DNA of 64,000 nt from a virus (IMGVR_UViG_2974556029_000001:1-64000); one strand, 5' to 3'. Positions 1 through 6,612 are shown, numbered from the stretch's first letter. Program-made: numbers and translations. The notes: generated by a model not told the origin, from the letters alone.

Positions 1-84
1 GCCCGCTCGCGATCGAAATTCCACGGCCGCCGGCTTGGCGGGGCGTGGGTTCGAGACGCGCGGGGGTGTCTCTCCTATGGCAGA

Positions 85-459
85 TCAGTCGCCCGGCGCG
101 ACACAGTCCCAGTTTCCGACGGTGTTGCCGTTCTGGTCGCGCACGTTGCCGGCGCGGTTGCCGCTCTCCACGCTTTCGGCGATTTGCCTAAGGATTTCGG
201 CGGCTTGCTGCTCGGGCTCCTGGGCGAAAGCGTCGTTCCCCATGCCGAACCAGAGCGAGAATTGCGGGCCTTCGGTGTTCATCCGGTCCACGGCCTCTAG
301 GGCCGCGTCCACGTCGCGGGCCTGCTGGTTGAAGTGGCTCGCGGCTTCGATCGCCTCGGCGATACTGGCGCGGCGATAGGCGGCTTGCGCGGCCTCACGG
401 TAGAACGCGGCCGAGGTATGCAGCGCTTGAATGATGGTCTTGAGGGTAGCTTGATCCAT
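85..459 (-). CDS. Small hypothetical phage protein
   Basis: 124 aa ORF with AGGAG RBS (CCCTGACAGGAGCCGCACCATG); C-terminal GNVRDQNGNTVGNW motif typical of small phage proteins. Confidence 0.7.
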   Translation of the reverse strand: MDQATLKTIIQALHTSAAFYREAAQAAYRRASIAEAIEAASHFNQQARDVDAALEAVDRMNTEGPQFSLWFGMGNDAFAQEPEQQAAEILRQIAESVESGNRAGNVRDQNGNTVGNWDCVAPGD

Positions 460-485
460 GGTGCGGCTCCTGTCAGGGGGCGGAA

Positions 486-505
486 TTGTCCCCGATCGGG
501 AACAA
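486..505. promoter_or_regulatory. Palindromic operator copy (TTGTCCCCGATCGGGAACAA)
   Basis: 20 bp palindrome with one mismatch, upstream of the 85-459 start; a related GTCCCCGAATTGGGGAC lies at 541-557. Confidence 0.65.
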
Positions 506-603
506 CCATAAGGCAGAAACGACTAGCGCGTGCCCCGATCGTCCCCGAATTGGGGACGGTTATTTCAGCGGGTCGCGGGTCGGATAGCGAAAAAGTTGCG
601 TGG

Positions 604-987
604 CTACTGCGAAACCGCCTTTGCGGCCGTGGTGAAGCGCCAGCCAGCAGCCCAGGCGCGCGCCTTCTCTTCGAAGCCGGGCGGGCGCGGATGGTCACGC
701 CCTGAGACGTCCCGTGTGGCGGTGAGGTAGGGGTTATGCGCCTCAGTGTAGCCCAGGCGCGCCGCGTCCATCCCGTCCGACATGATCGCAGCGAGGGGGA
801 AGTGGGCGTGATCCCAGGACCTGGGCGCCGGGGAACGCTCCCAGGACCAACGCGCGATCGGGGACAGCTCAGCCCAGGAAACGCGCGGCGTGCGCCTGCT
901 GTCTCCATTCAGGGGGCGAGCTGCAACGTCCGCCTCATAGGCGAGCTGAGCGAGGGAGGGGGCGCGGGCGATGGTGGCGGCTTGCAT
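604..987 (-). CDS. Hypothetical protein
   Basis: 127 aa ORF; ATG preceded by GGGAACACCTGAC, overlapping an operator copy. Confidence 0.6.
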   Translation of the reverse strand: MQAATIARAPSLAQLAYEADVAARPLNGDSRRTPRVSWAELSPIARWSWERSPAPRSWDHAHFPLAAIMSDGMDAARLGYTEAHNPYLTATRDVSGRDHPRPPGFEEKARAWAAGWRFTTAAKAVSQ

Positions 988-993
988 GTCAGG

Positions 994-1007
994 TGTTCCC
1001 GATCGGG
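994..1007. promoter_or_regulatory. Operator copy TGTTCCCGATCGGG
   Basis: Same core as 486-505, 6 bp upstream of the ATG at 987. Confidence 0.6.
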
Positions 1008-1021
1008 CTCAAATGAGGGGG

Positions 1022-1180
1022 TTACAGATAGGCGCGCTTAATGCGCTGGGCTTCAGCCAGCGAGGCGGCGCGGAACCCCTCGCTCTTGGTCTTGTCCTTC
1101 GCCTCGCGCATGCACCGGTCATAGCGGGCCTTGTAGCGGGCGCGTTGTTCACGTTCGGCGGGGGTGAGGGTAGAGCGCAT
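1022..1180 (-). CDS. Micro-protein (52 aa, MRSTLTPAEREQRARYKARY...)
   Basis: Read by hand: ATG at 1180, TAA at 1022-1024; same upstream context as the 987 gene; below the ORF-track cutoff. Confidence 0.55.
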   Translation of the reverse strand: MRSTLTPAEREQRARYKARYDRCMREAKDKTKSEGFRAASLAEAQRIKRAYL

Positions 1181-1185
1181 GTTGA

Positions 1186-1200
1186 TTGTTCCCGATCGGG
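1186..1200. promoter_or_regulatory. Operator copy TTGTTCCCGATCGGG
   Basis: Same core, 5 bp upstream of the ATG at 1180. Confidence 0.6.
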
Positions 1201-1363
1201 GCTCAAGCGGAGAGCAAGGCGAAGGAAAAGCCGCAAGCGGCGGATGACAGGACCAGGAGATAGGCGGCCCTCACGGGGCGGCGGCTACCCACGGCCATGG
1301 CGTAGAGCCCGACCATGCAACCGACCCCCATAGCGGCGACCCCGCCCAGGTGCAGGGCGGTTC

Positions 1364-1546
1364 TCACGCCGCACCCATGCGGCGCAGGTCAAACAGGGCC
1401 GATTGGCGCTTGACCTGGGCGACCATGACCCGCCGCTCATGACGGGCGCGGGCCGCCTCGCTAGTGGCAAGGGCCAGAGCGGCGAGGGCGTGCGACAGCT
1501 CGCGTTCAGCGCGGGCCAGCAGACGGGAGGCGCTACGGGCTTCCAT
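1364..1546 (-). CDS. Small helical hypothetical protein
   Basis: 60 aa ORF abutting the 1548-1676 gene. Confidence 0.5.
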   Translation of the reverse strand: MEARSASRLLARAERELSHALAALALATSEAARARHERRVMVAQVKRQSALFDLRRMGAA

Positions 1547-1547
1547 G

Positions 1548-1676
1548 TTAGATCACTCCGAAGAGGCGCAGCAGCAGCGCCCAGAGGAAGGCCGAGGCGA
1601 GGAACGCCCAGACCAGGGGAAGGCGACGGGAGGCGGGCCGCACGGGCGCGCCGGTGAAGGGGACGGGGAGGGACAT
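1548..1676 (-). CDS. Small membrane protein (MSLPVPF...LVWAFLASAFLWALLLRLFGVI)
   Basis: ATG overlaps the upstream gene's TGA; one hydrophobic helix. Confidence 0.5.
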   Translation of the reverse strand: MSLPVPFTGAPVRPASRRLPLVWAFLASAFLWALLLRLFGVI

Positions 1677-1969
1677 CAGGCGCGCGCCAACGTGGGGACC
1701 ATCGCGCCGCCATGCGACACATTCACGGGGATAAGCCCAAGGGTCCACTGCACCCGCACGCCATCGGCCTCAGTCCCATAGGTGACATGGGAGCCGGTGG
1801 CGCGGACCAGTTGCCCAGCCTCACCACGCCCGGCCAGCTCGAAGCGAGCGCCGCCGGTGTGAGGGTCAACGCTGTAGAGGACGCACGCCATGCGGTGGTG
1901 CTGAGGGCGCACGATGCGGGCGAGATGCGCCGGGGTGCGCTGGCGAAGGATGCGGGCGATAAGCGCCAT
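1676..1969 (-). CDS. Hypothetical protein (MALIARILRQ..., 97 aa)
   Basis: True start within track ORF 1676..2554: ATG at 1969 preceded by CCTGACAGGAG. Confidence 0.55.
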   Translation of the reverse strand: MALIARILRQRTPAHLARIVRPQHHRMACVLYSVDPHTGGARFELAGRGEAGQLVRATGSHVTYGTEADGVRVQWTLGLIPVNVSHGGAMVPTLARA

Positions 1970-2094
1970 GTCACTTGCTCCTGTCAGGTAGGGAAGGCTA
2001 CCCTTCCCCTTGTGGCCCCGGCTGCTCCCCGATGGAGCGGCCCCGAACCAAAGCGACAACCAACTATGGGACAGCAGACCCAAAACCACAAGAA

Positions 2095-2160
2095 AATAGA
2101 GGGGGGGGGTACCCTGGGAGATCGAGTCCCTACCTCGCAAAATTTTAATCCCCCCCTGCC
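2095..2160. other. Candidate DNA packaging (pac/cos-like) region
   Basis: G run, GGTACC, AAAATTTT and a C run just upstream of the probable terS, where gene orientation switches. Confidence 0.3.
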
Positions 2161-2191
2161 CGTTGTGTCCGAGATCTGGGGTGAGGAGGAG

Positions 2192-2848
2192 GTGGGGCAA
2201 GCGGCTGATGGGGCGCCCGGTGATGATGGATTGGCGCGGGACGCGGTCCAGGGTGCCGGCGAAGCCGAAGTCCCAACGGGCAGGGCGGTTGTGGCGGCGC
2301 GGCTCGAGGTGGGGCCGAACGGGCTGATCACGCGGGGCAAGGCGGAGCGGCTGGTGCAGTTGATGGCCGAAGGCATGTCCGATACTGAGGCGAGGGGGCC
2401 GGCCGGGTTCAAGTCGGACGGGGCGGACACCAAGCAGCGGCGCGGGATTGTCGCGTCGCCCGTGTTTCAGGCGAGGCTGGCCATGTTGAGCGAGGAGCGC
2501 GAGAAGCTGCAGGACCGCGGGCCGCTGGGCGACGCGCTGTGGGCCGCGAAGCAAACCTTCAGGGCCGCGCAGCTCAAGGACGACCTGACGACCCAGATGC
2601 GGGCCGCGCAGCTGATCGCCGACATCTCCAAGAACATGCAGGGCGGCGGCGATGGCGAGCCTGGCGCGGATGGCCCGGCTGCACCTGGCGCGCCGGCGGG
2701 CCGCGGACCTGGTCGGCCGGCGAGCGAGCTGAAGTCGACCAAGGTCAACATCGAGAAGATCACGCGCGACCTGAAGGAGATCGGTCTCCAGCCGCGCACA
2801 ATTCCGGCCGGCGCTACCTTGCCGGCCAAGGAGGAGGATCCGTTATGA
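2192..2848 (+). CDS. terS: Probable terminase small subunit
   Basis: HTH-like RLVQLMAEGMSDTEA, then VFQARLAMLSEE and RAAQLIADI segments typical of TerS; GAGGAG RBS before GTG 2192 (start uncertain); first gene of the late-strand block. Confidence 0.55.
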   Translation: MGQAADGAPGDDGLARDAVQGAGEAEVPTGRAVVAARLEVGPNGLITRGKAERLVQLMAEGMSDTEARGPAGFKSDGADTKQRRGIVASPVFQARLAMLSEEREKLQDRGPLGDALWAAKQTFRAAQLKDDLTTQMRAAQLIADISKNMQGGGDGEPGADGPAAPGAPAGRGPGRPASELKSTKVNIEKITRDLKEIGLQPRTIPAGATLPAKEEDPL

Positions 2849-3174
2849 CGCCGGTCCGCGCGATCAGGGTTTCCGATCTCGACGAGACGAGCCGCCCGGG
2901 CGAGTTCATGTGGCTCAGCCAGAGCGGCCATCCCGAGGCCGGCTGGGTCATGCTCAACTTCATGTGCCCGTGCGGCTGCGGGCGCGAGGGCGGCGTCACG
3001 ATCGACACGCCGTTCACCAGCAAGCAGGGCGAGACGCCGCGCTGGTGGTGGGACGGTAACGAGGAGCGGCCCACGCTGAAGCCCAGCATCGACTGGCGCT
3101 TGCCCGACGGCCAGGGCGGCACCGTGTCGCACTGGCACGGCTATCTGACCGAGGGCATCTTCGCCCCATGTTGA
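2845..3174 (+). CDS. DUF6527-like Zn-binding protein
   Basis: CPCGCG...WWWDG...PTLKPSI...HWHGYLTEG motif; GGAGGAGG RBS; overlaps the TerS stop. Confidence 0.6.
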   Translation: MTPVRAIRVSDLDETSRPGEFMWLSQSGHPEAGWVMLNFMCPCGCGREGGVTIDTPFTSKQGETPRWWWDGNEERPTLKPSIDWRLPDGQGGTVSHWHGYLTEGIFAPC

Positions 3175-3602
3175 AACAGGCCGCCAAGCCCTGCTCCGAT
3201 CGCGTCTTGAACCTGGTCGGAGCCGGGCTGAGGACGGCTGTGCTCCTGGACATGGCGCACCGGCTCCGCGCCGGTCACGACGTCATCCTGGCGAGCCAGA
3301 CCCTGCTGCAGGTCAAGACCATGATCGCCGACCTGGGCCGCCACCTGGGCCGCGGCGTGATCGAAGGCGAGGTGGCGCGCTGGGGCAACAGCGGCCACGC
3401 CCACTTCTTCGCGCTCGAGCCGGATCACCCTCGAGTCGCCGACCTGCTCTGCATCACGGCGGCCTGGTGCGACGAGCTCTACGGGTTCAGGGCGACCCGG
3501 AACCAGATCGGCGCGGCGAACCACCTGGTCAGAAACCTGCGCAAGGTGGTGCACGGCACCAATCCCAAGATCATGATCACGGGCGACCCAGCCTGGCCTT
3601 GA
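3168..3602 (+). CDS. Truncated TerL-ATPase paralog 1 (144 aa)
   Basis: RWGNSGHAHFFALE...AAWCDE...NLRKVVHGTNPKIMITGDP aligns with this window's TerL EWPNGAVAHVFSAE...AAWIDE...NLRFALRLGNNPQRIYTMTP. Confidence 0.75.
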   Translation: MLKQAAKPCSDRVLNLVGAGLRTAVLLDMAHRLRAGHDVILASQTLLQVKTMIADLGRHLGRGVIEGEVARWGNSGHAHFFALEPDHPRVADLLCITAAWCDELYGFRATRNQIGAANHLVRNLRKVVHGTNPKIMITGDPAWP

Positions 3603-3665
3603 TCTGCGCCGCGCGCCGTGCTCCGCTCCCGTGGTCTGAAACTGCTTTTTCCACGGGAGAGCACC

Positions 3666-3947
3666 ATGCGCCTCAACTACATCCTGCTGAGTATCGTCAC
3701 CGCCGTCGCCGGCCTGGCCGCGTCCTTCGCAAGTTTCGCCGTCTCCATGTTCGAGCGCGTCAGTCGCGCCGTCGCTGTCGCCTTCCCCTACGCGCCGCGC
3801 GAGCCGCAGGTCCTGCCGTCGCTGATCTCGACCAAGATCTCGTTCGCCGGCGCCGCGCTGGCCCGGGTCCGCTCCTTCGCCTCGCGCCGCATGGCTCGGG
3901 TCAAGCCGGGCGAGGTCTACTCGATCCCGGTCGGCGCGCCGGCCTGA
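3666..3947 (+). CDS. Small protein with hydrophobic N-terminus
   Basis: GGGAGAG RBS, ATG 3666; signal- or TM-like N-terminus. Confidence 0.6.
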   Translation: MRLNYILLSIVTAVAGLAASFASFAVSMFERVSRAVAVAFPYAPREPQVLPSLISTKISFAGAALARVRSFASRRMARVKPGEVYSIPVGAPA

Positions 3948-3974
3948 CCGACGTTCCATAACCGGTACGCATAA

Positions 3975-4004
3975 GCCCCGCCGGGTCGCCCTGGCGGGGT
4001 TTTC
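3975..4004 (+). terminator. Rho-independent terminator, possibly bidirectional
   Basis: GCCCCGCCGGG-TCG-CCCTGGCGGGGT stem then TTTT, between convergent genes. Confidence 0.75.
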
Positions 4005-4235
4005 CTATGCCGGCACACCTTCGCCAAGGTCGATCAGCATCTTCATGCCCAGGGCGGACACCGCCTTCATGACCAGACCGACGTGGGCCGTGGCCTTGCC
4101 GTTCTCGAGATCGACGATGAACCGGCGCCCCGAACCGATCTTCTGGGCCAGGTCGGCCTGGCTCCAGCCCTGCGCGACGCGGGCGTCCCGGATCAGCTGC
4201 CCGAACCTCGACGTGGTCTCGACGTGGATTTCCAT
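4005..4235 (-). CDS. XRE-family HTH regulator (HipB/Y4mF-like), orphan
   Basis: FGQLIRDARVAQGWSQADLAQKIGSGRRFIVDLENGKATAHVGLVMKAVSALG; no adjacent HipA kinase. Confidence 0.85.
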   Translation of the reverse strand: MEIHVETTSRFGQLIRDARVAQGWSQADLAQKIGSGRRFIVDLENGKATAHVGLVMKAVSALGMKMLIDLGEGVPA

Positions 4236-4248
4236 GGCGCACCTCATT

Positions 4249-4266
4249 TGTACCCGATCGGGAACA
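4249..4266. promoter_or_regulatory. Operator copy TGTACCCGATCGGGAACA (likely autoregulatory)
   Basis: Directly upstream of the HTH RBS and ATG. Confidence 0.7.
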
Positions 4267-4417
4267 TAAACACTTTGCCGGCGCGTGGGAATGGGTTACG
4301 AATTTGGCGCGGCCCCGGAACGTCTGGGCTAAAACCTAGGCGCGTTGATAGGCGTTACCCGCCTCCTTCCCCAACCCGTCAGCGCCGGGGCCGCAAACCC
4401 TGAACGGAGAACCCCAC

Positions 4418-4960
4418 ATGAAGCTTTTCAGCGAAGGAGTCCGGGTCGAGATCGGCAAGACCTCGAACCAGACCAAGATTACCGATCTGGCCACGGGCGA
4501 GTTGGTCGAGAACCTGATCGGCATGGCGATGGAGATCGACGGCAACAACCGGACCGATCGCCCTGTGTTGATCCTGGTCATCGGCGATGTCGACATGACG
4601 GTCGAGAACGATCGGGTCGACTACCAGGTCGACGCCGGCCTGCTCCAGCGCATCGCCGAGTTCAACGGCTTCGACCTCGTGCCCAAGCCTGAGCCGGTGG
4701 CCGACGTCGAGGACGACGAGCCCGAGCTTGTGGCCGCCTCCGTCTCGACCGAGGTGATAAAGCCCGACCTGGTTGAGGAGCTCGAAACCATCCCGTCGCT
4801 CCGGAACGACGCGGTGCAGGTCTCCGCCGCGACGGAACACCAGGCCGGCCAGCCGGTGGGGCGGGGCACCAACATCCTCAAGGGCGGCATCGGCGGCCTG
4901 AGCGAGGATCTCGGCACGGACGAGATCCCGCGCAGCCTCGACACGTCGGATCCGGTCTGA
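4418..4960 (+). CDS. Hypothetical protein, acidic C-terminal half
   Basis: 180 aa, GGAG RBS, phage codon usage. Confidence 0.7.
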   Translation: MKLFSEGVRVEIGKTSNQTKITDLATGELVENLIGMAMEIDGNNRTDRPVLILVIGDVDMTVENDRVDYQVDAGLLQRIAEFNGFDLVPKPEPVADVEDDEPELVAASVSTEVIKPDLVEELETIPSLRNDAVQVSAATEHQAGQPVGRGTNILKGGIGGLSEDLGTDEIPRSLDTSDPV

Positions 4961-5328
4961 TGACGAGCTTCAACGCCGTCCTCGAGGAGGTGTGGGCCAG
5001 CCTTCTGTCTGGCACCCTCACCCATGTCGTCGTGCTCCACGGCGGCGAGTCGAACGTTCTGATCGACGCGATCAAGGCCAAGATCAGCGCCGAGCAGGTC
5101 AACGTCACCCTGAACCTGAACGACAAGGTCGTGACCTTCGTCAACGGCGAGAAGCTGCGGATCATCGCCGGCGACGCCTCGGAGAAGCTGCGCGGTCTCA
5201 TGCTCGATGGCCTCTGGCTGCTGAACCTGGACGCGCTTCCGGTCGACGTCTGGCGCACGGCGCGGGACCGCGGCGTGATGGCTCTGCGTCTGGGCCGCAT
5301 GGCTCGCTTCGAGTCCTCGTTCGACTAG
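4960..5328 (+). CDS. Truncated TerL-ATPase paralog 2 (122 aa, Walker B lost)
   Basis: TFVNGEKLRIIAGDASEKLRGLMLDGLWLLN...MALRLG aligns with TerL EWPNGAVAHVFSAEDPESVRGHEFDAAWIDE...FALRLG. Confidence 0.7.
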   Translation: MTSFNAVLEEVWASLLSGTLTHVVVLHGGESNVLIDAIKAKISAEQVNVTLNLNDKVVTFVNGEKLRIIAGDASEKLRGLMLDGLWLLNLDALPVDVWRTARDRGVMALRLGRMARFESSFD

Positions 5329-5330
5329 AC

Positions 5331-5636
5331 ATGGACGATGCGACGCGGGCCCGGCTCCTTGAGCTGCAGCACGAACTGCTCTGGAGGAGCCCGGCCCGCG
5401 GCGCATCTGTCCTGATTTTCGAGCGCCCTGGCGTGGCCGAGATCAAGGCCTGGCTCTGGGCCCGCTACATCGGCGCGGACGAACTCACCTACCTGGCCCG
5501 CGCCGCTTTCGAGAAGCATGACGCGGTCGACATTGCGCTCTCGGGCGCCGGCGTGCTCCATGCCCATGTCAAAGGCGTCCTGGCCTGGCTGGTCGACCAG
5601 GGCGTCACCGTTCCGACCAGAGGAGAGACCACATGA
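5331..5636 (+). CDS. Hypothetical protein
   Basis: ATG 5331 follows the previous stop; phage codon usage. Confidence 0.65.
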   Translation: MDDATRARLLELQHELLWRSPARGASVLIFERPGVAEIKAWLWARYIGADELTYLARAAFEKHDAVDIALSGAGVLHAHVKGVLAWLVDQGVTVPTRGETT

Positions 5637-5830
5637 GCATCGTCACCCTGCAGACCGACAGCGGCGCGCACGTCCAGAACGTCCAGATCCCCGATCTCCG
5701 CCCGCCGGCCCGCGCCGTCGTCTGGGGCGAGCGCGTCTTCCTGCTGCACCAAGAGGCCGACTCGTCCGGGTCGCGGGCCGTGTATCGCGAAATCTTCGCC
5801 ATCGCGCCGATCGCGATCGGCAAGGACTAG
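5633..5830 (+). CDS. Small hypothetical protein
   Basis: AGGAGAG RBS, ATGA overlap with the upstream gene. Confidence 0.7.
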   Translation: MSIVTLQTDSGAHVQNVQIPDLRPPARAVVWGERVFLLHQEADSSGSRAVYREIFAIAPIAIGKD

Positions 5831-5853
5831 ATATCGGGCGCGAGAATGTGTTA

Positions 5854-6283
5854 ACGAGGCGGCCTGCAGCTGCCGAAAGTAAGCAAGCCCTTAGCGCTGG
5901 GGGCCCTGAGGATAGGCGGAGAACCTGGGCCAAGGGATGATGACTTCCCCCGGGACGTATCGATCGCTATTGGCCATCCACGCGCGGGAAGGACAGGCGG
6001 TCGGGACGGAGGTCGCTTGGGATTGGAGGCCCGCCAGGTTTACGCCCGGCGGGCCTTCGTGTATTTCGAGCCTGCTGCGGAGGTGGGGAGAAGACCCAGC
6101 CCCGACTGAAGGTAGGCGCCGACCGCGCCGTTGGAGCCAGGACGCCAGTCCTGGAAAGGCGGAGAACGCGAGACCCGGACCCCTGGAGTAACGCCCAGGG
6201 CTGCAGCGCGGAACGAGGTCGCACCGGGCGGCCGGGAGATCGACGAGGCTCAACCGAAACAGCTGCCGGGGACCGCCTCGTCG
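5854..6283 (+). ncRNA. Candidate ~430 nt structured non-coding RNA
   Basis: End-to-end pairing ACGAGGCGG(5854-62)/CCGCCTCGT(6273-81) plus GCAGCTG(5866-72)/CAGCTGC(6260-66); several internal hairpins; no credible ORF in an otherwise gene-dense operon. Strand assumed from the flanking operon. Confidence 0.55.
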
Positions 6284-6333
6284 TTTCGTCCGTTAAAAAT
6301 GGGATTTTTAATCCCGGAAAAGGAGACCCTGAC

Positions 6334-6612
6334 ATGTCCAAGATCAATCGGCGCGGCCTCTTCGGCCTGTTGTTCGGTGGCGCGGCCGCCGCCGCTCTCC
6401 CCAAGAGCGCCGTTGCGGCGGTAGCTCCGGCGCCGCTGAGCGCGAAATATGCTCTCAGCCTGGACACGGCCGGCCACATCACAGGTTTCAAGGCGGTCCA
6501 GCCGTTCCGCATGGAGCAAGGCTTTGTCGTCGTGGCCGAGAACTTCGGTTTCGTCGACCCATCGGCCCCCTTGAAGCAGCCGACGGCCAAGAACGTCCGG
6601 ATCGCCCGCTGA
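6334..6612 (+). CDS. Tat-signal protein carrying a copy of a tail-tip (DUF1983-like) segment
   Basis: INRRGLFGLL twin-arginine signal; ALSLDTAGHITGF...FVVVAENFGFVDP matches tail-tip VLSLNVDGHITGW...FVVVADEFGFVDP. Confidence 0.75.
   Translation: MSKINRRGLFGLLFGGAAAAALPKSAVAAVAPAPLSAKYALSLDTAGHITGFKAVQPFRMEQGFVVVAENFGFVDPSAPLKQPTAKNVRIAR

Noticed and set aside
1712-2191. N-terminal extension of the 378 aa track ORF
   Set aside because: Overlaps the minus-strand gene 1676-1969 and the low-complexity packaging-like tract; a better RBS lies at about 2183
4005-4235. Complete HipBA toxin-antitoxin module
   Set aside because: No HipA kinase adjacent; the gene is followed by a terminator and a convergent gene
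4330-4400. c-di-GMP-I (GEMM) riboswitch
   Set aside because: GGGCUAAAAC and GUUACC resemble parts of P2, but the GCAAA/GAAA P1 elements are missing or in the wrong order
5937-6191. 84 aa ORF inside the structured region
   Set aside because: Atypical codon usage and low-information sequence; better explained as RNA structure, though not formally excluded
5854-6283. RNase P, tmRNA or hammerhead identity for the structured region
   Set aside because: No GAGGAAAGUCC or AACAGAA P4 strands and no tRNA-like ends. CUGAGGA and CGAAAC are present, but the stem III partner reads CAGCUG-C-C rather than the required U-H
5851-6311. CtrA boxes (TTAA-N7-TTAA)
   Set aside because: Only a half-site at 5851; the TTAA pair at 6293 and 6308 is spaced by 11, not 7
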